Shown here piece after piece: positions 20,452 through 28,662 of a DNA stretch of 39,457 nucleotides. The stretch comes from Actinomycetota bacterium. GTDB lineage: Bacteria > Actinomycetota > Actinomycetes > JAKEEW01. The stretch covers positions 1 to 39,457 of the forward strand of contig JBKOZJ010000177.1 in NCBI GenBank assembly GCA_046725875.1, read 5' to 3'. Within the stretch, counting starts at the first letter, position 1. Each line of letters opens with the position of its first letter. Below the pieces are notes generated by a model. That model was not told where the DNA came from. It was given only the letters and a program-made list of their open reading frames with translations, and searched no databases. A program made the translations under genes and the position numbers.

Positions 20452-20862
20452 GTGGCCGGACTCGTCAGACAACCAACCGCTTCCGCAGGTGATCAGGTCC
20501 GGCGGCTGGCCGCCGAGGCCAAGCTAGCCCGATCGACGGGCCAAGCCGGGATAGCCCGTCCGCGTCTGGAAGGGCCGTCGGCGGGCCGCATCCGCTCGGC
20601 TCGCCTCGCCGATCCGGACGGCGGCAGCCGTGGCGAGACGGTGCGTACCCGCTCGGCGCTGCCCGCGTCCCGGTCGCCGACCTCCGAGGAGTCAGAGCTC
20701 CTGCAGCTGCTCCAACGGGGGCTGAAGGATCGGGCGATCGCTCGGGCGCTCGGGATCGGCGAGCGGACGGTACAACGTCGCCTCAGCCGGTTGATGACGA
20801 CACTCGGGGCGAAGACGAGGTTTCAGGCGGCGATCAACGCTGTTCGGCGCGGCTGGCTATAG
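20452..20862 (+). CDS. Small LuxR-type helix-turn-helix protein, possibly truncated
   Basis: C-terminal LLQLLQRGLKDRAIARALGIGERTVQRRLSRLM..LGAKTRFQA...VRRGWL; N-terminus is low complexity; GTG 20452 chosen for its purine-rich RBS. Confidence 0.65.
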   Translation: MAGLVRQPTASAGDQVRRLAAEAKLARSTGQAGIARPRLEGPSAGRIRSARLADPDGGSRGETVRTRSALPASRSPTSEESELLQLLQRGLKDRAIARALGIGERTVQRRLSRLMTTLGAKTRFQAAINAVRRGWL

Positions 20863-20939
20863 CGCCGCCAACGGCCCGCGCGGCGGGTGAGGCCAACGTC
20901 AAGGGCGCAATTCCGGCGAGGCGGTTCGGATATGTAAGA

Positions 20940-21839
20940 GTGGCCGCCATGGTCCTGTTGCCGCCCGCCAACCTGGCGCTGGCGCGCGGGACCGTCGACC
21001 GGGCCTCCCGGCTTCGCATGGACGACCGGGCGGTCGCCGCTCTCTGGGCAGACGAGGAGACCCGGGTCCTTCGAGTACACGAGGGAGAGACGCTCGTCGC
21101 GGGCGATCCTCCGGAGCTGGTGTTTGGCATCCCAGCCAACGGCACGGGCGAGCGGTTCTTGCTTGGGCTCGATGGGGACGGGCGCGCGTATTTCGCCGTG
21201 GCGGAGGCCTTCGCGGCGGGGCCGGGTCAGCGATCGGCCAACCTGCGTACCGTCGGTGCGCTGCTCTCCGATCGGGACGTCGGTCTGTTCGTACACGCGG
21301 TTGCACTCGATAATTGGCACGGCACGCACACGCATTGTGCTCGGTGCGGCGCCCGCACGGTCGTCGCTGCCGGCGGACATATACGGCGTTGTCCGGGCGA
21401 TGGCAGCGAGCATTTCCCCCGAACCGATCCGGCAGTGATCATGCTTATCACGGACACCGAGGACCGAGCTCTCCTGGGTAGACAGCACAGCTGGCCGGCC
21501 CGCCGGTTCTCGACTCTCGCAGGCTTCGTCGAGCCAGGGGAATCCGCGGAGCAGGCGGTTGCCCGCGAAGTGCGCGAGGAGGCCGGCGTCGAGGTCGGCG
21601 AGGTGCGCTATTTTGCCAGTCAGCCATGGCCGTTCCCGTCCAGCCTCATGCTCGGCTTCTATGGGCGGGCGGTCACGACCGAGATCGTCTTGGAGGATGA
21701 ACTTGCCGAAGCCCGGTGGTTCACAAGAGACGTGCTCGTCTCCGAAATCTCCGCGGGCTCGCTCGGGTTGCCGCCTTCGGTCTCGATCGCTCGCCGCCTG
21801 ATCGAGGGCTGGTACGGCGGCGAGATCCTAGACGAATGA
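20940..21839 (+). CDS. nudC: NAD(+)/NADH diphosphatase NudC
   Basis: Zinc finger HCARCG...RRC, FPRTDPAVI, Nudix box GFVEPGESAEQAVAREVREEAG, SQPWPFPSS signature. Confidence 0.95.
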   Translation: MAAMVLLPPANLALARGTVDRASRLRMDDRAVAALWADEETRVLRVHEGETLVAGDPPELVFGIPANGTGERFLLGLDGDGRAYFAVAEAFAAGPGQRSANLRTVGALLSDRDVGLFVHAVALDNWHGTHTHCARCGARTVVAAGGHIRRCPGDGSEHFPRTDPAVIMLITDTEDRALLGRQHSWPARRFSTLAGFVEPGESAEQAVAREVREEAGVEVGEVRYFASQPWPFPSSLMLGFYGRAVTTEIVLEDELAEARWFTRDVLVSEISAGSLGLPPSVSIARRLIEGWYGGEILDE

Positions 21840-21900
21840 ACCAATTGGTAAGGCTGGTGGGCTAGGCGATCAGCGCTGACTTTGTGGAGATGCAGGGCAC

Positions 21901-21922
21901 TGTCGGCGTTCTTGGCTACGTT
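21901..21922 (+). promoter_or_regulatory. PafBC-dependent (RecA-NDp) promoter, leaderless uvrD2
   Basis: TGTCGG-cgttcttggc-TACGTT is an exact TGTCGG-N10-TA-N3-T match, 6 nt before in-frame GTG 21929. Confidence 0.8.
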
Positions 21923-21928
21923 TCTCGT

Positions 21929-24082
21929 GTGACGCCGGAGGAGATGCTGGAGGCGCTTGATCCCGAACAGCGTGCGGTTGCCACCGCGCTCGATGGTCCG
22001 GTGTGTGTGCTCGCCGGTGCGGGGACGGGCAAGACCCGAGCGATCACTCATCGGATCGCCTATGCCTGCCGGATCGGCCGGCAGCAGCCGCACCACGTCC
22101 TGGCCGTCACGTTCACGACCAGAGCCGCGGGCGAGATGCGGGACCGGCTGCGCCGCCTAGGCGTCGAGGGCGTCCAGGCCCGAACTTTCCACTCCGCGGC
22201 GCTCCGCCAGCTGCAGTATTTTTGGCCGAAGGCGATCGGTGGCCGGCAGCCGCGCATCGCGGAAAGCAAGGCGCCGCTGGTGGGCGAGGCCGCGGCGCGC
22301 TGCCACGTCAGCGCCGACCGCGCAGCCGTACGCGACCTCGCCGCGGAGATCGAGTGGGCGAAGGTAACCCAGACTGTGCCGGACGACTATGCCGGATCAG
22401 CAGCTAAGGCGACCAGGCTGCCACCGGCCGGTGTCGACCATTCCACCGTCGCACGAATCTACGAGGCTTATGAAGAGGTGAAGTCGAGACGGGGCTTCAT
22501 CGACTTCGAGGATGTGCTGCTCCTAACCGTGGGGATCCTGGAGGACTCGGCCGAGATCAGAGATCAGGTTCGCGGGCAGTATCAGCACTTCGTCGTGGAC
22601 GAGTTCCAAGACGTCTCCCCACTGCAGCATCGGCTGCTGACTTTGTGGCTCGGTGACCGGCGCAGTCTCTGCGTCGTTGGCGACCCGAACCAGACCATCT
22701 ACTCGTTTGCCGGCGCGACCTCCGACTACCTGCTCCGCTTCCAGTCGACATATCCGGACGCGGCCGTCATACATCTCGTCCGCGACTACCGATCCACGCC
22801 GCAGGTCGTCCGCCTCGCCAACGAGCTGATCAGACGGTCGGCGGCCGTGGTTGGTCCGCGGCGCGTCGACCTCCTGGCGGAGCGCGTGGCGGGACCCGAG
22901 CCGGAGATCGTCGAGTACTCCGACGAGCTGGCCGAGGCGGAGGACTTGGCGGGTCGAGTCGCCAAGCTGATCGCGAGCGGGGTGTCGCCACACCAGATCG
23001 CAGTGCTTTACCGGACGAATGCACAGTCTGGGGCGTATGAACAGGCGCTGAGCGATGCGCGCATTCCTTACGTGGTGCGCGGTGCGGAACGGTTCTTCGA
23101 GCGGCGCGAGGTACGTGAGGCGATGCTGCTGCTGCGCGCGGCCGCCCGCAGTGATGCTGCAGCGGCCAACGAGGCTCGGCCGGACGGTACGGCCGCCGAC
23201 GCCGCGCTGGAGGATGGCGCCCGTGACCTTGCGGAGCAGGTGCAAGCGATCGTGGCCACGCTCGGTTGGCGGCCGGAGCCCCCCGTCGGCACGGGAGCTA
23301 CCAGGGAGCGATGGGAGTCCATCGCCGCGCTCGTACATCTCGCCGAGGAGTTCTCCGCAGCGAACCCGGCCGCAACGCTGGCTAACATGTCGGCCGAGCT
23401 CGAGCAGCGCGCGGCCGCGCAACACGCACCCGTCGCCGATGGCGTCACTCTGGCGTCGCTGCATGCGGCCAAAGGGCTCGAGTGGGACGCCGTCTTCCTG
23501 GCCGGCCTGGCCGAGGGACTTGTTCCGATCGGCTACGCAACAACCGCGGCAGCGATCGAAGAGGAGCGGCGCCTCCTCTATGTCGGCGTAACGCGGGCCC
23601 GCCTGCACCTGACCTTGTCGTGGGCCAGCGCCCGCGCGCCAGGCTCTCGAGGCGCGCGCCGGCCGTCCAGGTTCTTGTACGGTCTGCGCGCGTCTGGTGC
23701 GCCGACGTCGAGCCTGTCCAGCAGGGCCAGAGGCGTCGCGGCATCGGGTCGCCGGACGGCCGCCGGATGCCGGGATTGTGCTAAGCCGTTGCACGACGCC
23801 GCGGAACGCAAGGTCGGTCGGTGTGCGACGTGCCCGGCAACCTACGACGAGGAGCTCTACGAGCGGCTGCGCTCCTGGCGGCTCGAGCAGGCGACGGCGG
23901 CCAGAATACCTGCATATTGCGTCTTCACAGACGCGACATTGGTGGCGATCGCTGAGGTACGGCCAGGGAGTGAGCGCGAGCTTGCCGCTATCCCGGGAGT
24001 AGGACAGGTCAAGCTTGATCGTTACGGCTCAGATGTCCTGGCGATCTGCACTACTCCAAGGACGGCGGCGACCTACCACTAG
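21929..24082 (+). CDS. uvrD2: ATP-dependent DNA helicase UvrD2 (717 aa)
   Basis: AGAGTGKT, VDEFQD, SLHAAKGLEW; tetracysteine CRDC...RCATC; C-terminal HRDC domain (LYERLRSWR...PAYCVFTDATL...GVGQVKL). Confidence 0.93.
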   Translation: MTPEEMLEALDPEQRAVATALDGPVCVLAGAGTGKTRAITHRIAYACRIGRQQPHHVLAVTFTTRAAGEMRDRLRRLGVEGVQARTFHSAALRQLQYFWPKAIGGRQPRIAESKAPLVGEAAARCHVSADRAAVRDLAAEIEWAKVTQTVPDDYAGSAAKATRLPPAGVDHSTVARIYEAYEEVKSRRGFIDFEDVLLLTVGILEDSAEIRDQVRGQYQHFVVDEFQDVSPLQHRLLTLWLGDRRSLCVVGDPNQTIYSFAGATSDYLLRFQSTYPDAAVIHLVRDYRSTPQVVRLANELIRRSAAVVGPRRVDLLAERVAGPEPEIVEYSDELAEAEDLAGRVAKLIASGVSPHQIAVLYRTNAQSGAYEQALSDARIPYVVRGAERFFERREVREAMLLLRAAARSDAAAANEARPDGTAADAALEDGARDLAEQVQAIVATLGWRPEPPVGTGATRERWESIAALVHLAEEFSAANPAATLANMSAELEQRAAAQHAPVADGVTLASLHAAKGLEWDAVFLAGLAEGLVPIGYATTAAAIEEERRLLYVGVTRARLHLTLSWASARAPGSRGARRPSRFLYGLRASGAPTSSLSSRARGVAASGRRTAAGCRDCAKPLHDAAERKVGRCATCPATYDEELYERLRSWRLEQATAARIPAYCVFTDATLVAIAEVRPGSERELAAIPGVGQVKLDRYGSDVLAICTTPRTAATYH

Positions 24083-24107
24083 CGTCCTGGCACCAGTAGC
24101 TCCGTAC

Positions 24108-24137
24108 CGATGACTTCCGGGGCGTCGCCCGGTCTTA
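24108..24137 (+). promoter_or_regulatory. Putative ECF-sigma (SigG/ECF56-like) promoter
   Basis: CGATGA-N18-GTCTTA resembles the CGATGA-N18-GTC motif reported for mycobacterial SigG; about 30 nt upstream of ORF 24168. Confidence 0.5.
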
Positions 24138-24167
24138 TGTGTGAGCCATCGAACCGGAAGAGGGACC

Positions 24168-24353
24168 ATGATGTTCTCCATTACCTGCCCACGCCACGGC
24201 TCAGACGTCCTGGTCGGAAGTCGCCGGATCCGGTCGCTCGGCAATTCCGAGACCGGCATCGCGCTCGAGATCGAGTGCTACTGCGGCACGTACGTGCTTC
24301 TCGAAACCGGCCGCAACTATGTCAGTCAGGCCAGCGTCCGGGCAGCTGCGTGA
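24168..24353 (+). CDS. Small putative metal-binding protein (CPxH...CxC), 61 aa
   Basis: MMFSITCPRHG...ECYCG; GAAGAGGGA RBS; fills the intergenic gap. Confidence 0.7.
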   Translation: MMFSITCPRHGSDVLVGSRRIRSLGNSETGIALEIECYCGTYVLLETGRNYVSQASVRAAA

Positions 24354-24449
24354 CGGAGCTCCTGCCTTCGTACGAGCTTCGACGGCAGCACCGTCCCCAC
24401 TCGATGCTCCGAGATGGTCACACAACCCCTTCCAGCAAGGAGTAAGAGG

Positions 24450-24596
24450 ATGTATCTCATAAACGAAGATCTCGCCCGCGTACATATACGGGAACGACAG
24501 CGAGAGGCGCAGGATGCGCGAGCCGCCTATGAACTGCTCTATGTACGAAAGGAGCGGCGCAAGGCGGATGAGGCGAAGCCGGCGTCCGGAGCCTAG
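24450..24596 (+). CDS. Small helical basic protein, 48 aa, paralogue of 25625-25798
   Basis: MYLINEDLARVHIR...; AAGGAG RBS; 26 of 48 residues identical, without gaps, to the protein downstream of whiB7. Confidence 0.75.
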   Translation: MYLINEDLARVHIRERQREAQDARAAYELLYVRKERRKADEAKPASGA

Positions 24597-24663
24597 CGAG
24601 CAAGGATCGTTAGCCGGAGGGTGCCCCAGCGGGGCTCGGGCGTCGGTTCGGTAACCGTTGCCG

Positions 24664-24701
24664 TAAATGGTTTGCGCACACTCCCCCTGCGGCCTTAGCG
24701 T
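24664..24701 (+). promoter_or_regulatory. WhiB7-type autoregulated SigA promoter
   Basis: AT-rich TAAAT just upstream of -35 TTGCGC (24672-24677), 18-bp spacer, -10 TAGCGT (24696-24701). Confidence 0.7.
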
Positions 24702-24806
24702 TTTGTCTCGCGGGTGCGCGCACGCGCGCGCCCCAACAGCGCCGGGGTTCCTGGACCGTCGGCGGTCCGGGCGCCAAGATCGAGAAGCAGACAGGAGGTG
24801 GCCCCG

Positions 24807-25103
24807 GTGGAGAGCACTTACCCCGTGACGTCGGCGGCCGTCCTGCCTGTTGCCGCCCCGGTGTCCGACGACGCCCGCTGCTGGATCCGTCCGCTTCGGA
24901 GGACCCTTGCGCCCGCCTTCGGGCCGGTCAAGGGGACCCGTATGTCCATCGTCGGGTCTTTGGCTGGCCCGTCGGTCGCCGGCACAGCCGCTAACGCGTG
25001 TGAGCGCTACGTCGTTTCCATCCTTCCGACCGTCGAGAAGCAGCAGGCCACGGGCGCCGCCTTCGGCGCCATCCCGGTCCGCACCTGGAGTCCACCGGTC
25101 TAG
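24807..25103 (+). CDS. whiB7/wblC upstream leader ORF (uORF, 98 aa)
   Basis: AGGAGGTG RBS then GTG 24807; lies between the promoter and the attenuator, with its stop codon inside a hairpin. Confidence 0.7.
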   Translation: MESTYPVTSAAVLPVAAPVSDDARCWIRPLRRTLAPAFGPVKGTRMSIVGSLAGPSVAGTAANACERYVVSILPTVEKQQATGAAFGAIPVRTWSPPV

Positions 25104-25126
25104 ACGACACTAGATCCGGCACCTCC

Positions 25127-25170
25127 AGGGCCGCGGAACCCAAACCGGGATCCGCGGCCCTTCCGTTTAT
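25127..25170 (+). terminator. Attenuator (intrinsic terminator) in the whiB7 leader
   Basis: Stem AGGGCCGCGGA (25127-25137) / TCCGCGGCCCT (25151-25161) followed by TCCGTTTAT. Confidence 0.8.
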
Positions 25171-25198
25171 CCGAGCGAAACGTTATCCGAGCGAAACG
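25167..25198. repeat. Perfect 16-bp tandem duplication
   Basis: TTATCCGAGCGAAACG at 25167-25182 and 25183-25198. Confidence 0.95.
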
Positions 25199-25220
25199 AG
25201 ATCACAAGGAGGTGACCTCG

Positions 25221-25496
25221 GTGCAGTTGGTGCTTGTCGAAGACCTCGACAGCCAAAACGGAGAGCTTCCATGCCGGATCTACGACCCCGAGCTGTTCTT
25301 CGCGGAGAAGCCTGAGGACGTCGAGTTTGCGAAGGCCCTCTGCCGGACCTGCCCGGTGCGTATCCAGTGCCTTGCCGGTGCTCTCGCCCGGCGTGAGCCC
25401 TGGGGTGTCTGGGGTGGCGAGCTGTTCGTCCAGGGCGTGGTCGTGCCGCGCAAGCGGCCCCGGGGACGTCCCCGCAAGACCGAGATTGCCGCATGA
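25221..25496 (+). CDS. whiB7: WhiB7/WblC Fe-S transcriptional activator (91 aa)
   Basis: LPC...DPELFFAE...AKALCRTCP...C, EPWGVWGGE turn, C-terminal AT-hook RPRGRPRK; AAGGAGGTGA RBS before GTG 25221; uvrD2-whiB7-ABC1 synteny. Confidence 0.95.
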   Translation: MQLVLVEDLDSQNGELPCRIYDPELFFAEKPEDVEFAKALCRTCPVRIQCLAGALARREPWGVWGGELFVQGVVVPRKRPRGRPRKTEIAA

Positions 25497-25624
25497 CCAA
25501 ACCATCAAGGACTCAAGTCCCCGACCTAGTCCAGAAGGTCACGATGCCTGACCGCAACGAACCAGCGGGCCGTGGGGTGCACGCCACGGCGTCGCTTACA
25601 GACTTCGAATCAAGGAGCCCGAAG

Positions 25625-25798
25625 ATGTATCTCATCCAAGAAGACCTAGCCCGCGCGCACATACGCGCGCTCCAGGATGAGGCGGCCGCCGAGAACATGG
25701 CCCGCGGACTGCTGCTGATCCGCAAGGCCGCCCGCAAGGCTGACAGGGCGCGGCTGGCTGCTAAGCGCGCGCTCGCCGCGGCCATCGCATACGACTGA
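25625..25798 (+). CDS. Small helical Ala/Arg-rich protein downstream of whiB7 (57 aa; ORF could extend to ATG 25493)
   Basis: MYLIQEDLARAHIR...; AAGGAG RBS before ATG 25625; alignment with the 24450 paralogue starts exactly at this Met. Confidence 0.75.
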   Translation: MYLIQEDLARAHIRALQDEAAAENMARGLLLIRKAARKADRARLAAKRALAAAIAYD

Positions 25799-25880
25799 CG
25801 GCCAGGTTCGGCCCGGCATTACCGGACTCGCCGGGACGACGACGGCCGCACGCTGCGGTCGCTGGCCGGTGACCGCGAAT

Positions 25881-25916
25881 GAGAAGCCCCGGCACCTACC
25901 CGCGCCGGGGCTTCTC
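25881..25916. terminator. Inverted repeat, probable bidirectional terminator between convergent units
   Basis: GAGAAGCCCCGGC / GCCGGGGCTTCTC 13-bp perfect stem. Confidence 0.7.
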
Positions 25917-26001
25917 CCCGGTCAAGCGCCCGGGCACACCGTCGCACTCTTGCTAGACACGGCCGAGGCGGGCTACGCCGCGAGGCGTTGCAGCGAAGCG
26001 A

Positions 26002-27324
26002 TCAAGACGTCGTCGGTTGTCCAAGGCCAGGGAGCCAACGCTCGAGCTCGCCGCGCCACCTCCCCCGTGCCTCGAGCTGGCACAAGACGCCGACCCCACC
26101 CATCCAGACGCGGTGGATGAGCAGGTAGGACGGAGGCAGGTTGAGCTGCAGGCCGGTGACATAGGCCGGCGAGCGAGGGTCGGCCACCCGGGCCGCCTGG
26201 CGGCGGAGCCAACCCCGGTTGAACTGAAACTCGTCGGCCGTGATCGGCTCGACGAACGGCAGCAAGTAAGCGAGCAGCGCGTCGGCGTCGACGCGGACGC
26301 TGTTTCGGACGAATCCCTCGGCCCGCAGGCCTTCGAGGAGTCCGTCGGCGTCGCCACTCAGCCCGACTCTGAGCAGGCGCCCAATGGGTTCGGGCAGCCC
26401 GCCAGGCAGCCGATTCACCGCGCCGAAGTCCAGCACACCAAGCCGGCCGTCGGGAAGCAGTCGGAAGTTGCCGGGGTGCGGATCGGCGTGCAAGATTCCG
26501 GCCCGAGCCGGACCCGAGAACAGGAATCGGACGTAGAGCAAGCCGGCTCGATCCCTGGCTTCCTGGTCGCCGTCTTTGATGATCCGCGACAGTGGGGTGC
26601 CGTCGATCCACTCGGTGACCAGTGCGCGACTAGAGGACGCGACCACCTTGGGTACGACGATGTCCGGGTCGCCGTCGAATGCCTCGGCGAAGGTCTGTTG
26701 GGCCGATCCCTCCAGGACGTAGTCGAGCTCCTCCGCCACCCGGTCCCGAAGCTCGGCGAGCAGCGGCTTGGTATCGAGGCCTGGCATGAACGCGCCGAAC
26801 ACCCGACCGAGCCGGGCGATCTGGGCGAGGTCGCCGAGCAGTGCAGCCCCGGCTCCGGGGTATTGGATCTTCACGGCGACTTGGCGCCCGTCGTGCCACA
26901 CCGCCCGATGCACCTGTCCGATCGAGGCGGCAGCCGCCGCTCGGTCGTTGAATTCCGCGAAACGCCCGCGCCACTCGGGGCCGAACGACTCGGCGAGCAC
27001 CCGATGGACGGCCGCCGCCGGCAACGGCGGAGCGGCCTCTTGCAGCCGGGTGAGCGTGGCTCGGTATGGGCTCACCAAGTTCTCTGGCAGCGCCGCCTCG
27101 AAGATCGACAGGGCTTGGCCGAACTTCATCGCCCCACCCTTGAGCTCCCCCAGGACGCGGAAGACCTGGTCCGCCGTCCGCTGTTGGAGCTCGGCCGCGA
27201 CCAGTTCGGCGGACTGTCCGCCGAGCCGCCGCCCGATGCCGATGGTTGCGCGGCCGGCCATGCCGAGCGGAAGCGTGGCGAGCTTCGCCGTCCGGATGAC
27301 CGCCTTGCGCGGGAGGTCACTCAC
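26002..27324 (-). CDS. ABC1/AarF/UbiB-family atypical kinase (Rv3197-like)
   Basis: LKGGAMKFGQ (KxGQ), AAASIGQVH, VAVKIQYPG, EELDY, HADPHPGNF, LDFG. Confidence 0.93.
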   Translation of the reverse strand: MSDLPRKAVIRTAKLATLPLGMAGRATIGIGRRLGGQSAELVAAELQQRTADQVFRVLGELKGGAMKFGQALSIFEAALPENLVSPYRATLTRLQEAAPPLPAAAVHRVLAESFGPEWRGRFAEFNDRAAAAASIGQVHRAVWHDGRQVAVKIQYPGAGAALLGDLAQIARLGRVFGAFMPGLDTKPLLAELRDRVAEELDYVLEGSAQQTFAEAFDGDPDIVVPKVVASSSRALVTEWIDGTPLSRIIKDGDQEARDRAGLLYVRFLFSGPARAGILHADPHPGNFRLLPDGRLGVLDFGAVNRLPGGLPEPIGRLLRVGLSGDADGLLEGLRAEGFVRNSVRVDADALLAYLLPFVEPITADEFQFNRGWLRRQAARVADPRSPAYVTGLQLNLPPSYLLIHRVWMGGVGVLCQLEARGRWRGELERWLPGLGQPTTS

Positions 27325-28451
27325 CCTTGCATTGTCCCTGACGGGTAAGCGGGACGTTTCGTCACTCCGGTCACATCTGCATCACATGGGCACGCCGGGT
27401 GTGCTGACCATGACCGCCGGCGGACGCTCCCAGACGGGCTGTCGATCTCCAGCGTTCCGTCCACGCTCGGCGGGAGCCGGCCGTCCAGGAACTCGAGCGC
27501 GTGCATCGTCGCATACGACGCGACGAGTGTTGCGAGGACGACATCGCACGGCGCGGGTGCGCGTGCTGCCTGGCGGCCGCGTTCGATGGCGGCGAGCTGA
27601 GCTGCCACCCGCGGCCAGCCGGGGTCGCGGTCGGTGCGATGGAGATCGTGGCACCGAAGGCAGGAGGAGCGCCCGGGCACAACGAGCGGACCGATCACTC
27701 CGGTGAGTTCCCGTACGCCTGCATAGAGATGGGGAGTGCCGGACTCGACCAGCCGGTCACTGGTGCTGCGATCGACCGGCCCGGCCGGGCTGACGATGGC
27801 GAGATGCGGGTGCGGCTGACCGGTTGGCAGCGCCGGGGTGACACCCGGCGCCGCGCGCTGGGCGGCTCGCTGGGCACCGCTGTCCCGGCGCCGGTCGACC
27901 TGGTCGAAGATGATCCCGGCTGGGGCGAGATCTGCAGGTCGAGCGAGGATGGGGTCCTTGACCTTGACATATCTGATGCCGGCGGCGGCCAGGAGGACCG
28001 CGATGGACGCGCCTACCCGACCCGCGCCATGCACTGTCACCGCACGGGTCCGGCGCCGGGCAAGCGCGGTAGCGCCGCCGTCGGCCGTCCCGCCACGAAG
28101 GGACAAGGCCGCGACGTCGGGGCCGAGCCGCTCCCGCTCGAGCGGGCTGAGTTCCCGCAGCGCCGCCCGGTCCGCTGCACAATCCTCGATCACACCGGCA
28201 CCTGTCAGCAGGTCGAGCAGGCGACCCGCGGCCGCTGGCTCTGCGCCGAAGTCAGCCGCCGAGTCGACGGCATCTGCGCGCTCGCGGGTGCCATCGAGCG
28301 ATTCGAGCCACTGAGCGAGCCCCTCGTCGAGATCGCCGACGACAAGCGCCCGCGCCGGATCCACCCCGATCTGGAGGGTTGACCCGTCCCGCCACACCCG
28401 GCGAAGTGCTGGTTTCAGCGCTGGCCTCGCCGCGACATCGGCTGATGCCAT
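27321..28451 (-). CDS. ThiF/E1-like (TOMM cyclodehydratase-scaffold-like) protein, Rv3196-like
   Basis: GAGRVG Rossmann loop, LAAAGI, GPLVVPGRSSCLRC, HPACPC zinc site; N-terminal helical extension; 4-nt overlap with the kinase start. Confidence 0.8.
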   Translation of the reverse strand: MASADVAARPALKPALRRVWRDGSTLQIGVDPARALVVGDLDEGLAQWLESLDGTRERADAVDSAADFGAEPAAAGRLLDLLTGAGVIEDCAADRAALRELSPLERERLGPDVAALSLRGGTADGGATALARRRTRAVTVHGAGRVGASIAVLLAAAGIRYVKVKDPILARPADLAPAGIIFDQVDRRRDSGAQRAAQRAAPGVTPALPTGQPHPHLAIVSPAGPVDRSTSDRLVESGTPHLYAGVRELTGVIGPLVVPGRSSCLRCHDLHRTDRDPGWPRVAAQLAAIERGRQAARAPAPCDVVLATLVASYATMHALEFLDGRLPPSVDGTLEIDSPSGSVRRRSWSAHPACPCDADVTGVTKRPAYPSGTMQG

Positions 28452-28662
28452 GCCGCCCCCTTGCCGAACAACCTGAGTCGGTCGTAGGGGACGATGCCAC
28501 AGGAGCGGGCTGTGGATCCGCCAGCGTCCACAGGAGGACGGCAACCTGTGGACGACGGGCAGTGGTGCGGTGCGAAGGGCGCGGTCGGCGCGGCCACCGC
28601 TGAATGCGAGCGGCTGACCAAGCTGGCCTGCGGGCCGGCTGACGGCCGGCGGTCTGAGCCGG

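Noticed and set aside
21840..21900. Mycoredoxin gene normally found between nudC and uvrD2
   Set aside because: The gap is only about 90 bp with no CxxC ORF; the gene is absent here
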